The notes below the pieces were generated by a model. The model was given only the letters and a program-made list of their open reading frames with translations, ran no database searches and was not told the origin of the DNA. Made by a program: the position numbers and the translations under genes. Below are positions 11,430 to 23,079 of a stretch of DNA of 63,620 bases, one piece after another. The DNA is from Octopus bimaculoides (lineage: Eukaryota): NCBI RefSeq assembly GCF_001194135.2, contig NC_068985.1, forward strand, positions 97,464,640 to 97,528,259, read 5' to 3'. Each line of letters starts with the position of its first letter. The first letter of the stretch is position 1.

Positions 11430-11855
11430 GTATATAATAATTAATGCGAAATTCTATCTGTCCATCCAGGACCCCTGTGTCTCAGTCTATATTTGCTCTA
11501 CTTAGACATATTATACCGTTTTGGAAATAAAATGGTTCCAGGATTGAAAATCTGCCCTTTATTTGGTTCTTGAACATCCAGCATTGGGATCAGGTCTGGA
11601 TGCGGATTTGTTATATGCTAACAGTTGAAAATACAAATTTTAAAAGAACTCCAAAAATTTGTGAGTTTACAACTTAGCACCAGTGTCATTGCAGACATTG
11701 CTGTCTGACCACAAAGAGCAAGAACAGGCACCACAAGGCATTTTGCCCTAACACTCTATTGATTCTACAAACCTATTGTTCTAGATTGCTGAGTTTTTAT
11801 TGACTCTAAAAGGCAGAAAGGTGACCCCACAAAAGAAAAATGAAAGTATATATAT

Positions 11856-13020
11856 CATCATCATCATCATCGTTTAACGTCTGCNNNNNNNNNNNNNNNN
11901 NNNNNNNNNNNNNNNNNNNNNNNNNNNNNNNNNNNNNNNNNNNNNNNNNNNNNNNNNNNNNNNNNNNNNNNNNNNNNNNNNNNNNNNNNNNNNNNNNNNN
12001 NNNNNNNNNNNNNNNNNNNNNNNNNNNNNNNNNNNNNNNNNNNNNNNNNNNNNNNNNNNNNNNNNNNNNNNNNNNNNNNNNNNNNNNNNNNNNNNNNNNN
12101 NNNNNNNNNNNNNNNNNNNNNNNNNNNNNNNNNNNNNNNNNNNNNNNNNNNNNNNNNNNNNNNNNNNNNNNNNNNNNNNNNNNNNNNNNNNNNNNNNNNN
12201 NNNNNNNNNNNNNNNNNNNNNNNNNNNNNNNNNNNNNNNNNNNNNNNNNNNNNNNNNNNNNNNNNNNNNNNNNNNNNNNNNNNNNNNNNNNNNNNNNNNN
12301 NNNNNNNNNNNNNNNNNNNNNNNNNNNNNNNNNNNNNNNNNNNNNNNNNNNNNNNNNNNNNNNNNNNNNNNNNNNNNNNNNNNNNNNNNNNNNNNNNNNN
12401 NNNNNNNNNNNNNNNNNNNNNNNNNNNNNNNNNNNNNNNNNNNNNNNNNNNNNNNNNNNNNNNNNNNNNNNNNNNNNNNNNNNNNNNNNNNNNNNNNNNN
12501 NNNNNNNNNNNNNNNNNNNNNNNNNNNNNNNNNNNNNNNNNNNNNNNNNNNNNNNNNNNNNNNNNNNNNNNNNNNNNNNNNNNNNNNNNNNNNNNNNNNN
12601 NNNNNNNNNNNNNNNNNNNNNNNNNNNNNNNNNNNNNNNNNNNNNNNNNNNNNNNNNNNNNNNNNNNNNNNNNNNNNNNNNNNNNNNNNNNNNNNNNNNN
12701 NNNNCATTCCTTGCGAGCTTACATATGTCCTCAGCAGTTACAGCCCATGTTTCACTGCCATGTAGCATGGTTGTTCGTACGCATGCGTCATACAGTCTGC
12801 CTTTTACTCTGAGTGAGAGTCCCTTTGTCGCCAGCAGGGGTAAGAGCTCTCTAAACTTTGCCCAGGCTATTCTTATTCTTGCAGCTACACTTTCAGCGCA
12901 CCCACCCCCACTACTAACTTGGTCGCCCAGATAGCGGAAGCTATCGACTACCTCTAGTTTTTCACCCTGGAATGAGATAGAAGTTGTTTCCTGTTTGTTT
13001 GCAGTCTTTATTGCACTGTT
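11856..13020 (-). mobile_element. RTE-clade LINE fragment spanning an assembly gap in RSPH1 intron 1
   Basis: RT C-terminal motifs at 12706-12990 (FRYLGD, WAKFRELLPLL, LHGSETW); (CAT)n-CGTTTAACG tail at 11856 on the other side of the N-run. Confidence 0.85.
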
Positions 13021-13064
13021 TCCTGTTTGTTTGCAGTCTTTATACTTACATATACATATAAGGT

Positions 13065-13247
13065 AAACAGAAAATGGAGATAAAATTGATAATTGATAAA
13101 CATCAATTATCATTTATTGATTATAAAAAGACAAAATCTCATCTGACAGCTGTTTCTGTTAGCTGTCAGATGAGATTTTGTCTTTTTATAATCAATAAAT
13201 GATAATTGATGTTTATCAATTATCAATTTTATCTCCATTTTCTGTTT
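13065..13247. repeat. Perfect 87-bp inverted repeat with a 9-nt spacer
   Basis: Arms 13065-13151 and 13161-13247 are exact reverse complements by eye; spacer GTTTCTGTT. Confidence 0.92.
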
Positions 13248-14011
13248 TCTTTAAATATAGATAAATTTTGGTTTATTCTTGTCCTTACCTATCATTTATA
13301 AGCCTTAATATTAATACTCATAATCGTAAGTAATACACCAGTTGATTCACTGGATACAAGTATCCCTTAGATGGTTGTTATAACATCTAACTTAACTAGA
13401 TAAAATTCTGGGTGCCAGGTGTCTAGTCTTGGTCTTCCTTTCACACAGAACTTCAGCTCATGGCTTCTGATCTTAACTGATCGGATGTATTATCATATAC
13501 ATGTTTTGTCTTGGTGTAAAAGAAAGGCTACAGCAAATATTCTGCTCACTACTACAGATTTGCTTGTCCATAACTAATGGAGTATCTCTCTTGTTGACCT
13601 CAGTGGCATTTTAGCATAAAGATGGATGAAATGTTGCAACTCATTTTGTCTGGTGTGCAAACCATTGTGTCAGCTCAAGGCCTTAATAACAATAATAAAA
13701 ATCCTGTCTACTAAAGGCACAAGGCTTGAAATTTGGGGGAGGTGGGTAGTCAATTACATCGACCCCAGTACTCACCTGGTACTTATTTTATTGACCCCCA
13801 AAAGGATGAAAGGCAAAGTCAACCTCAGTGGAATTTGAACTCAGAACATAAAGAGAGACAAAATACCACTAAGCATTTCATCTGGCATGCTAATGATTTT
13901 GCCACCTCGCTACCTTAATAATGATAGAATAAACTGACTTTTGGCACTTTTGCAAGCTGTGTAGCAGCTTATAAATCTAGTTTACCATCAGTCAATTTGC
14001 TTTGGCTAGTG

Positions 14012-14329
14012 CAGGGCTGGCCAACCTGCAGCCCACCACCTGCAGACTTTTATCTTGCGGTTCACTTGGTACTTTCTTGAAGTATTGTGTTTAATTTCAA
14101 AATAAAATTGTTTGCACAAGACATTTGTTTCAAAATAAATTTAAAATTTACAAGTGGCAATAAAGCAATAGTCTACAATTTTATAATTTTAAACAAACGA
14201 AAAGTATGAAAAATTCTTTATTTTGTAATTTGATCATTTGACTATTAGTACATAAAATATACAAATGACCCTCAAAAAATTTTCTGTGACTAAAGTGGCC
14301 CACAATGTAATTTGAGTTGGCCAGGCCTA
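14012..14329. mobile_element. hAT-type MITE
   Basis: TIRs CAGGGCTGGCCAAC / GTTGGCCAGGCCTA; 8-bp TSD GGCTAGTG / GTCTAGTG. Confidence 0.75.
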
Positions 14330-14408
14330 GTCTAGTGAGAGTTGAGGTAGCAATAGTTGCATAGGTCTCATCTGAGATATTTTCTAAAGGAATTGTTTTG
14401 TAACACAG

Positions 14409-14533
14409 GAGTATGATGGCGAAAGAAATGAGAGAGAAGAGAGACATGGAATGGGTAAAGCTATTCTACCGAACCTAGATAGCTACACAGGGATGTATGA
14501 AGATGGTAGGCGCCATGGCACAGGAGTTTACAG
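14409..14533 (+). CDS. RSPH1: RSPH1 exon 2 (MORN repeats)
   Basis: cag|GAG...AG|gtgaga; [41 protein letters not shown]. Confidence 0.95.
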
Positions 14534-15304
14534 GTGAGAGTTCTTCACAGTTATTTTCCCCTCTGGAAAAGTATTTCATTCATCCGAGTCACAATGTCTT
14601 TACATTTTAGGAATATGTTTATATGCAACTTTCTCTCTTCTTCTTTCCTTCTCTCTCTCTTTCTATGCATGGGTCATTGCCAGTGCTGCCTGACTGGCTC
14701 CCTGTGTTGGTGGCATGTAAAAAAGCACCATCTGAACGTGGTTGATGCCAGCCCTCTCACCCCGACTGGCTCCTGTGCTGGTGGCACGTAAAAAGTACCA
14801 TCCAAGCATGGCTGATGCCAGCGCTGCCTGACTGGCTCCCATTCTGTTGGCACATAAAAAGCACCATTCAAACGTGGTCAATGCCAGCCCCCTCGCCCCT
14901 CGCACTAGCACAGGTGAGGTTAGTTTTGGCATGGCTTTTACAGCTGGATGCCCTTCCAAATGCGAATTACTTTACAGTAAGGATTCGATGCTTTTTACAT
15001 GGCACCAGCACTGGCAGAGTCACCAAGTAACTCGCAAGACAAGGAATTTTGAGAGGGGCAGGGACATTTGAGGTGGGGAACTTGTCTCAGAGGATGAAAG
15101 GTTAAAGTGTGACAGACAGACAGAAAGGCAGAAACAGGTGTCTTGCTATAACGGAGGGGGCACTGGATGAGGTTATCCAATATATATATATATATACACA
15201 CGCACACACACATATATACTCACATATGTGCATGTGTGTGTGTGTGTGTATGTTATATATGTGTGTGTTTTGATATATATATATCTTTGTGTATGTATGC
15301 ACAG

Positions 15305-15399
15305 GTTCAAGAATGAGGCTCGATATACTGGAGAATATCAGTATAACAAGAAACATGGTGAGGGCACATTTATATATCCTGATGGCTCTAAATACGAAG
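15305..15399 (+). CDS. RSPH1: RSPH1 exon 3 (MORN repeats)
   Basis: cag|G...G|gttagt; (R)[31 protein letters not shown]. Confidence 0.95.
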
Positions 15400-15492
15400 G
15401 TTAGTATAAATTTCCATCTAATTTTTTCATACATTATTTACATTTGACGGATATTTGTCCTCATCTTGTTTGTTGTTAACACAACGTTTCGG

Positions 15493-15661
15493 CCCCAGGA
15501 CTTATTCTTTGTAAGCCTAGTACTTGTTCTATCGGTCTCTTTTGCCGAACCACTAAGTTACAGGGATGTAAACACACCAGCATCAGTTGTCAAGCGACGT
15601 TGGGAGGACAAACACAGACACACAAACATACACACACACACACACATACACACACACACAC

Positions 15662-15721
<60 letters not shown>

Positions 15722-15882
15722 GATGGGCTTCTTTTAGTTTCCGTCTACCAAATCCACCCACAAGGCTTTGGTTGGCCAGAGGCTATAGTAGAAGACATTT
15801 GTCCAAGGTGTCATGCAGTGGGACTGAACCCAGAACCATGCGGTTTGTAAGCAAGCTACTTACCACACAGCCACTCCTACGC
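15493..15882 (-). mobile_element. SINE family A copy
   Basis: Same two conserved halves separated by (CA)n(TA)n. Confidence 0.85.
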
Positions 15883-16134
15883 CTATATGATGCTGGAGTG
15901 AAAAACCAGACAGGATCCTGGCCGACCCTTGAAGGGAAGCAACTGCTTCTCACTGTGAGGTATTATCCCTCTTCCTGCATTCTACCCTCTTATCTTTCTA
16001 ATGTCAGAATACAAAGAAGCCATTGCAAGTGCAGCATGCGAGATGATTTCTTTGTTTTTTTTTTTAAAGTATTCGCTCATTACAAGGTCCTTAGACCACT
16101 GAAAACGTAAGAGCTACTAAGAATAAGATGGACA

Positions 16135-16460
16135 CTAGACAGAAGTCAATAGGTCACGATGCACATTAGACTTAAAAGACTGGAGAAGGTCATATTGAAG
16201 AGGAAAACAAGACTGTGGAAGGGAATTCCAAAGTTCAGAGGGGCGAGGGAAGAAACTGGGACTGTAAAGTTCTTTACGACATTTAAGAGGTTGACCAGTA
16301 TACTGATGAAAACTGGATGCAAGTCTAGTTGGTCGCTGATAAGTTCTTAAAGGAGGAACCAGAGAAGAGAGCTCAGCTGAACAATGTCCATGAAAATACT
16401 TATAGAAAAGAGACAAGGAAGCCACACGACGATGATGAGAGAGTGAATCCAATTTAGAAG
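16135..16460 (-). mobile_element. CR1/L2-group LINE 3' fragment immediately upstream of RSPH1 exon 4
   Basis: SLSHHRRVASLSLFYKYFHG...SFFPRPSELWNSLP...FKSNV is the typical RT C-terminus of this group. Confidence 0.85.
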
Positions 16461-16491
16461 ATAGATAAATGATAGTTGTGTTATTTTGCAG

Positions 16492-16718
16492 GTCAATGGG
16501 TGAAGGACCAGAGGTGTGGCTCCGGTACCTACTACTATGTCAATGGTGACATCTATACAGGAGAATGGGAGGACCATTTACGACATGGTCAAGGCTCATA
16601 TACATACGCTGACACCAAATCTCAGTACATTGGTAGCTGGGCTAACGGACGAATGAACGGCTTTGGAGAGTTGATCCATGCTAACCACAAATATGTTGGT
16701 ATGTTCAAAGATGATAGG
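16492..16718 (+). CDS. RSPH1: RSPH1 exon 4 (MORN repeats)
   Basis: ttttgcag|GT...AGG|gtgagt; (G)QWVKDQRCGSGTYYYVNGDIYTGEWEDHLRHGQGSYTYADTKSQYIGSWANGRMNGFGELIHANHKYVGMFKDDR. Confidence 0.97.
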
Positions 16719-16760
16719 GTGAGTGTATATAAAAACAAAAACTCGTTACTATATTTTTCG

Positions 16761-16862
16761 GCATCATCATCATCATCATTGCCATTGGTGTCATCATCAT
16801 CATCATCGTTATCATTGTCATCATCATCAGCATCATCAACGTCATTGCTATCATCATCATCT
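16761..16862. repeat. (CAT)n microsatellite in RSPH1 intron 4
   Basis: Imperfect CAT repeat; source of the spurious poly-His/Ser/Met ORFs. Confidence 0.9.
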
Positions 16863-17133
16863 CTTTCATTATGATTGCTCTTGTGATTGTCATTACCACC
16901 ACCATGGTTAATTCTAATGTAGACACAAGGCTAACAGTTTGTGGAGAGGATTAGTCGATTACATCAACCCGAGTACTGTACTTGGTGCTTTATTTTTTAG
17001 AATCAGGAAGGATGAAAGCAAAGTTGACCATTGCTTGATTTGAACTCATAGTGTAAAGAGCTGGAGCAAATACCACAAGGCATTTTGATGCTATGTTTTA
17101 ATGATTCTGTCATCCACCACCCTTCAGGGTGGC

Positions 17134-17331
17134 TCACCACTGGTTGTTGACAATTGCCCCCATCAACTGCCGCTTAACTAGTTCACTAATCTGGTCCTTG
17201 TAATCTTTGAGTGCCAGAAAGGGTGCGTTTAACTTCCAGTAACTGGGTCCCTGTCTATGGGTCCTATCTAACTTGACTGTGCAGATCAAAATCTTGTGGT
17301 CTGTGTAGCTGATCAATTTAAATTTTGGCAA
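17134..17331 (-). mobile_element. L1/Tx1-clade ORF2 fragment (end of the endonuclease domain)
   Basis: TDHKIL...GPSYWKLNAPFL matches the SDH...GPGYWKLN motif. Confidence 0.75.
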
Positions 17332-17805
17332 CTATGCTATCCCTTATCCACCCTAACAAATATTTTAACTACATACAACCTGGATAATTCATGGTGGTTG
17401 CTCCATGTCCTCACTGTCACATTCAAGAATATAAACACACGGAGTCAAAAAGAAACACTACCTTTCACTCGACACCGTTGTTCACGCGGTGCTCTTTCTC
17501 CCTAGTGTGAAGCTTCCTATCTCGGACATGTGAGCATGCACACAACAGCCAAACACCGCGTCACTGGAAATGGAAAGTGCACAGTTCTATACAAGGATTA
17601 TAGTGTTTTTTTCATAAACTAGGGAATGACTACTGACATTAAGCTTAAGGATTTTATAATGTACAAGTATTAAGAAAGAATTAAAGAAAAAAGGACTCGT
17701 TATATTGAATGTTATCGATAATATTGAGTGGACATAGGGGGTGCTACAGTTTCATAGTTCTTATACACGAGCCACTGCTGCACCTTAATAATAATAATAA
17801 TAATG

Positions 17806-17837
<32 letters not shown>

Positions 17838-17839
<2 letters not shown>

Positions 17840-18170
17840 GACTACCATACCAGTGATTGTAGGATCTCTAGGAATGATAAAAAAAGGTACTGAAATCTAT
17901 TTGAAAATGATACCAGGCTTACCATCTCTACAGGAGGTGCAAAAAATTGTGCTAACTGGAACGACTCATGTACTAAGAAGAGCATTATCGCTGTGAAAAC
18001 AACATCCATTCATGATTTTTTTTTTTCTTAAATACATGTTTTACCTATGAATTTGCATGTGTAAATTGGGAATGCATACAACGTTTCTCTGCCCTAGGTG
18101 TACGGAAAACACTCGGCGAGAAATGGGAAAAAATTTGAAGAAAGAAGAAAAAAAAATAATAATAATAATA
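17838..18170 (+). mobile_element. 5'-truncated Dong/R4-like RLE retrotransposon inside an (AAT)n tract
   Basis: TIPVIVGSLGMIKK...LQEVQKIVLTGTTHVLRRAL then stop; flanked by (AAT)n at 17786-17837 and 18157-18170. Confidence 0.8.
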
Positions 18171-18213
18171 AAGGTGATATCTAATTCTTGCTGGTGATAT
18201 TTTGTACTTTCAG

Positions 18214-18285
18214 CCAGATGGTATTGGCAAGTATGTGTTCGATATAGGCTGTGAACAACAGGGTACCTACGTGCAAGTAAGAAAG
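18214..18285 (+). CDS. RSPH1: RSPH1 exon 5
   Basis: tttcag|CCA...AAG|gtacgc; PDGIGKYVFDIGCEQQGTYVQVRK, matching the RSPH1 GPGKYVFDVGCEQHG motif. Confidence 0.95.
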
Positions 18286-18529
18286 GTACGCTCTTCTAAT
18301 TATTACTTATATTTAAAGCTTGAATATTTATGATTTTATTATGTTTTGGTGTATAATTTGTTATATGCTTTTACTATTTTTCCCATTCTGTCCCATTCCT
18401 TGCTAGTGGTGGTCATCTGCTGCTGTAAATTTAGACATTTGCATAAATTATTGGAGCAAGTGTTTTGTAGTTCTTTCTTGTGACCCCCATTTTTAATTCT
18501 TCAATTATGGCCTAGACGACTATGCTGAA

Positions 18530-19030
18530 GAGGAGGGGAATGAGAACCAAGCCCTGGAGAACTCCTACTTACATTTTCATTCCTAAGTTCCACCTTTCTA
18601 ACAACACCCTTCCCTGTAACAGTTGACTATAATACTGCTACACCAATCGTTGGGTATGATACCTTTCTATACAACCTGATTAACTATACTGGTGACTAGG
18701 TTGTATCCTACTCCACCAAATATTTTAAGCATCTCAGTGGCAGTTTCTGATGGACTGGGGACTTTCTCTGCCTTCATATCCTTAATTATTTTATCATTCT
18801 GCTGTCATCTGTTATGGCTCATACTTCTGTTGAGTTCACATTTAGGAGACTATTTTCCTTCCATGCATTTTCCATGTTTAGTAGCCTTTCATTACAGTAC
18901 TTCTATCCGCGTATATAAATGCATATTATAAGTTCTTTCTGAATTATTGAAAGTGTTTCTACAAGACCTCTCTACTTGATAGAAATAGTACCTAAAGCTT
19001 CCTTAAATGTACCCTATTGTTTTCAAAACA
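18530..19030 (-). mobile_element. Degenerate RTE-clade RT fragment in RSPH1 intron 5
   Basis: Minus-strand reading includes IKDMKAEKVPSPSETATEMLKIFGGVGY and IIPNDWCSSIIVNCY, typical of the region before the RT domain. Confidence 0.7.
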
Positions 19031-19338
19031 GAAATACTACAAGTGATTTTTATTTGGTTCTCTTCTGAGTCTGTCATCCACTCACCTTCTTCTCACTAAA
19101 TAATTTCTTTCAAAATGTGCACATTCTTCAGACCTCACACACACATATACATTTTTCAGTTTCTGACTACCAAATCCATTCAGAAGGGTTTGGTTGGCCT
19201 GGAGCTATAGTAGAAGACACTGTTACACAGTGGGATTGAAACCAGAACTACGTGGTTGGAAAGCAAACTTCTTACCGCACTACCATGCCTGTGCTTAATA
19301 TTCAATGTTAATTTTTTTTTTCTTTTTAATGTTATTAG

Positions 19339-19558
19339 GATCAAGATGTAAGTGTCTTTGAAGAAGAAGAAATAGCTCAGGTGACAATCCCAGTTTGGAT
19401 AGCTGGAGCGACCACAGGTTTACATTTGAAACCATCTGATGATGAATTACCAATAGAAACTATTGAAGAAGAATCTGCTAAAGAGCCAGAAGTACAAGAA
19501 GAAGAAGAGAAAGAAGCAGAGCCTGAGAAAACAGAAGAAAGCAGTGACAATACTGATA
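19339..19558 (+). CDS. RSPH1: RSPH1 exon 6 (acidic C-terminal region)
   Basis: ttattag|GAT...A|gtaagt; DQDVSVFEEEEIAQVTIPVWIAG...EESSDNTD, phase consistent with both neighbours. Confidence 0.9.
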
Positions 19559-20172
19559 GTAAGTCATATTTGTGGTCAATTATAGCCAAGGGTTGTAGTA
19601 GAAGATACTTACTCAAGGCATCATACTGTAGAACTGAAGCTAAAATCATGTGGTGGTTTCTTACATTTCTTACCCATGCACCAAATTTTAAATTAGTTCA
19701 TGCTTTCGACCAATACAATAGAGAATGTTATGAAACTTACAATGTCAACAAGCTTTTATTCTGTCCTCTCACCATGGCACTCAGCACACACATACACACA
19801 CACACTGACACTCACATATGTGCACACTAGCACACTCACACATACATGTACATTCACTGTAGCTTGTACTACAATATTATATGTATTTCAATAAACTGGG
19901 TTTGTTTAAATAGATGTACAACTAGGACTGAATGCTTCATGATTTATGCTTGAAAGCCTCTGCCTTTCATGAAATGTGGTTTCACCTGACGTCAGATGAG
20001 GGTGGAGGGCGTAGCACCAAGGACATCGTTTGCTAGGTTACTGACATTTACCTCAGCCAAATGCAGTTTTTACTCATGCTGAAATAATTACCCTTAATTT
20101 AGGAACCTCTGAGCTACTCACTTATCAAACTCACCCTTCCTCGTCTGTTAAATATTGCTCTCCTTCTCTTAA

Positions 20173-20657
20173 CCCTTTCATTACTGTATTTATTTTGAGA
20201 TGCTCTGTGTTTCTTTCAATTAATTTTAAATATAACGAAGAATTTAGTAAAATAACTTAGTTATCATTAAGCTAGTGTTAGCAACATAAATTGTACTTAA
20301 TTTAACGATCCCAAAAGGATGAAAAGCAAAGACGACCTTGGTGGAATTTGAACTCAGAACGTAAAGACAGACAAAATACTGTTAAGCATTTCGCCCGGTG
20401 TGCTAATGTTTCTGCCAGCTTGCTGCCTTTACACTAAGACAAATATTCTTTTCTACTCTAGGCACAAGGCCCAAAATTTTTGAGGAGTGGGGGCGGGGGG
20501 CAGTCGATTAGATCAACTCCAGTACACAACTGGTACTTAGTTTATTGACCCCAAAAGGACGAAAGGTTTGGTGGAAGATTTTAATTCAAAACATATGGAA
20601 ACAAGACATTTGTATTACAGAGCAGAGGTGGTTTCAGCCAGGCTAGTATCGAAAGGG
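20173..20657. mobile_element. piggyBac-type MITE with a nested SINE
   Basis: TTAA|CCCTTTC ... GAAAGGG|TTAA. Confidence 0.7.
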
Positions 20658-20870
20658 TTAAATCATATGTTGTATGCACTATCCCTCCACCATGAAGGCT
20701 CCTAAATTAACCATGCCATGACAACATTCAGCATCACTCTTGTTGCCCATCAGTCTTATTGACCTAATTAGTCTTGGAGACACTGAAAATGTATGAAAAT
20801 TGATGCTTCCTCCACCTCCTCATTGTCATTATTTTAATTAGCATTGAGCAAATATTTCTTCGTTTTGTAG

Positions 20871-20980
20871 TTGAAGCTGAAACTATTCTCATTGGACAAG
20901 GTGATGTTCCACAACCCAGTCTTGAAGATAACGATGCCGAAGACGAGGATGAAGTTGATAATCCACAACAAGAAGACTAG
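20871..20980 (+). CDS. RSPH1: RSPH1 exon 7 (terminal coding exon)
   Basis: ttttgtag|TT; (I)EAETILIGQGDVPQPSLEDNDAEDEDEVDNPQQED then TAG. AATAAA follows at 21292-21297. Confidence 0.85.
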
Positions 20981-21023
20981 AGACATTTATAAAAAAAAAC
21001 CCTATATTTCTTTTATTTCTTAA

Positions 21024-21243
21024 CCCTTTAGCATTCAGATTATTCTGTCAGATGTAATGGATATTTTCTCATATTGTTTTGAATTAAACATGGATTATCT
21101 CATAGCTTTCATATTTTGATGATGTAATTGTTTATTTTTAGGATGACTTTGTAGGGTATGCATGAGAGGCCAGAGCTGGTCAGTTTGAACATAAAACATG
21201 TAGATTATTTGGGCCAGATATTGCTGGTTTAAATGCTAAAGGG
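21024..21243. mobile_element. piggyBac-type MITE in the RSPH1 3' UTR
   Basis: TTAA|CCCTTTAGCATT ... AATGCTAAAGGG|TTAA. Confidence 0.8.
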
Positions 21244-21291
21244 TTAATTATCATCATTTTTATTTTGTCAATTTTAACTTTTAAATCTTTG

Positions 21292-21297
21292 AATAAA
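21292..21297 (+). terminator. Candidate polyadenylation signal of RSPH1
   Basis: AATAAA about 310 bp after the stop codon, followed by T/GT-rich sequence. Confidence 0.5.
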
Positions 21298-22149
21298 TAA
21301 TTTTTCACCTAAAGAAATATATTTGTGTTGTTTTGAAAAATTGAAGAAGAGGAATGTGAGATTTGTATGACTTTGTCAAAGATTTTAGAAGTCTAGTGGC
21401 ATAAAAAAAGAGTAAGTATCATAGACGTAGGTGTGGCTGTGTGATAAAAAGTTTGCTTCTCAACCACATGGTTTCTGGTTCAGTCCCACTACATGGCACC
21501 TTGGGCAAGTATCTTCTACTATAGCCTTGGGCCAACCAAAGTTTTGTGAGTGAAGTTGCTAGATGAAAACTGAAGAAACCTGTCTTATATATATATATAT
21601 ATATATATATCATCATCATCGACTTGTACCAGTCCTCAGTCAAATCGCCCAACCCATGCTAGCATGGAAAGCGGACGTTAAACGATGATGATGATGATGT
21701 TTGTAGGCATGTACCAGTGTTTGTATGTTTAGTGTATATATGTATGTATAGGGTTTTTGGTATGTGTATGTATTTTTGTTAATGTAAATATATTTTTTTA
21801 TCATGGTAGGTCTTTGTAAGTGAATGTTTTTATTTTAAACAAACATATCTTTCTAAGTGAATTTAAACTTATTTTACCATTAATTAATTTGCCCTGAGTA
21901 TACAGGTTTTTTTCCCCTTCTACTAAAGCTTCATCCTTTTTTTCTTTTATATATTTCTCTCCTTGTACAAAATCTTTTGTATCACAAACAGGATTCTCAA
22001 CATGAGAAGAAAAGCACTTCTGAAAAGGCTCTATACATAATATATTTAATGGCTAAGTATGGGAAACCAGTAAAAAAGCTCTTATTTGAATTAAAAGTAT
22101 ACAAGGGTGTGTCGAGAAGTTCTTGGCTTTGGGTAAAAGAAAATATAGG

Positions 22150-22860
22150 ATGAAAAGGCAGACTGTATGACGCATGCATACGAACAGCCATGCTACATGG
22201 CAGTGAAACATGGGCTGTAACTGCTGAGGACATACGTAAGCTCGCAAGGAATGAAGCCAGTATGCTCCGTTGGATGTGAAATGTCAATGTGAATACCCGT
22301 CAGAGTGTAAGTATCTTGAGAGAAAAGCTGAACATTAGAAGCATCAGTTGTGGTGTGCAAGAGAGACGATTGCGGTGGTATGGACATGTGGTGAGAATGG
22401 ATGAGGATAGCTGCGTGAAAAAGTGCCACACCCTAACAGTTGAGGGAACCCGTGGNNNNNNNNNNNNNNNNNNNNNNNNNNNNNNNNNNNNNNNNNNNNN
22501 NNNNNNNNNNNNNNNNNNNNNNNNNNNNNNNNNNNNNNNNNNNNNNNNNCTTTGGAAATGTGCTGTGCGTGAGAAGACCCGGCAAGCCAAGTAAGATCGT
22601 TGCCAGTGCCCCTGGACTGGCTTGAGCGGGTGGCACATAAAAGACACCATTTCGGGCGTGGCCGTTTTCGTGCGGGTGACACGTAAAAGCACCCACTACA
22701 CTCTCTGAGTGGTTGGCGTTAGGAAGGGCATCCAGCTGTAGAAACTCTGCCAAATTAGATTGGAGCCTGGTGTTGCCATCCGGTTTCACCAGTCCTCAGT
22801 CAAATCGTCCAACCCATGCTAGCATGGAAAGCAGACGTTAAACGATGATGATGATGATGA
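22150..22860 (+). mobile_element. 5'-truncated young RTE-clade LINE with (GAT)n tail
   Basis: LHGSETW, LRWYGHVVRM; 3' end nearly identical to the copies at about 29010-29160, 33634-33815 and 36035-36175. Confidence 0.88.
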
Positions 22861-23079
22861 TTTTATTCAACATATTCCCCTCTCAGATTCAAACACTTAT
22901 TGCAGCAGTCTTTCGGGTTTTCTAAGCACTGTAAAAAGAACTCAAAAAGTAGGGCCCTCAGCCAGGCCTTTTGTGATACCCTTATAGCCAGAAACTTCTC
23001 AGCACTCCCTTGTAGTACAACAACTAATAAATAAGATGAAGATTCATATAAAACTTTGTTAGGTTTAATAATGGTTAGG

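Noticed and set aside
11806-13113. Long ORFs spanning N-runs (also near 43000-44100, 53500, 57600, 58500, 60700)
   Set aside because: Length is an artefact of translating N as X.
16705-16926. Poly-His/Met/Ser, YIYI, THTH and CVCV ORFs here and throughout
   Set aside because: Translations of (CAT)n, (TA)n and (CA)n microsatellites.
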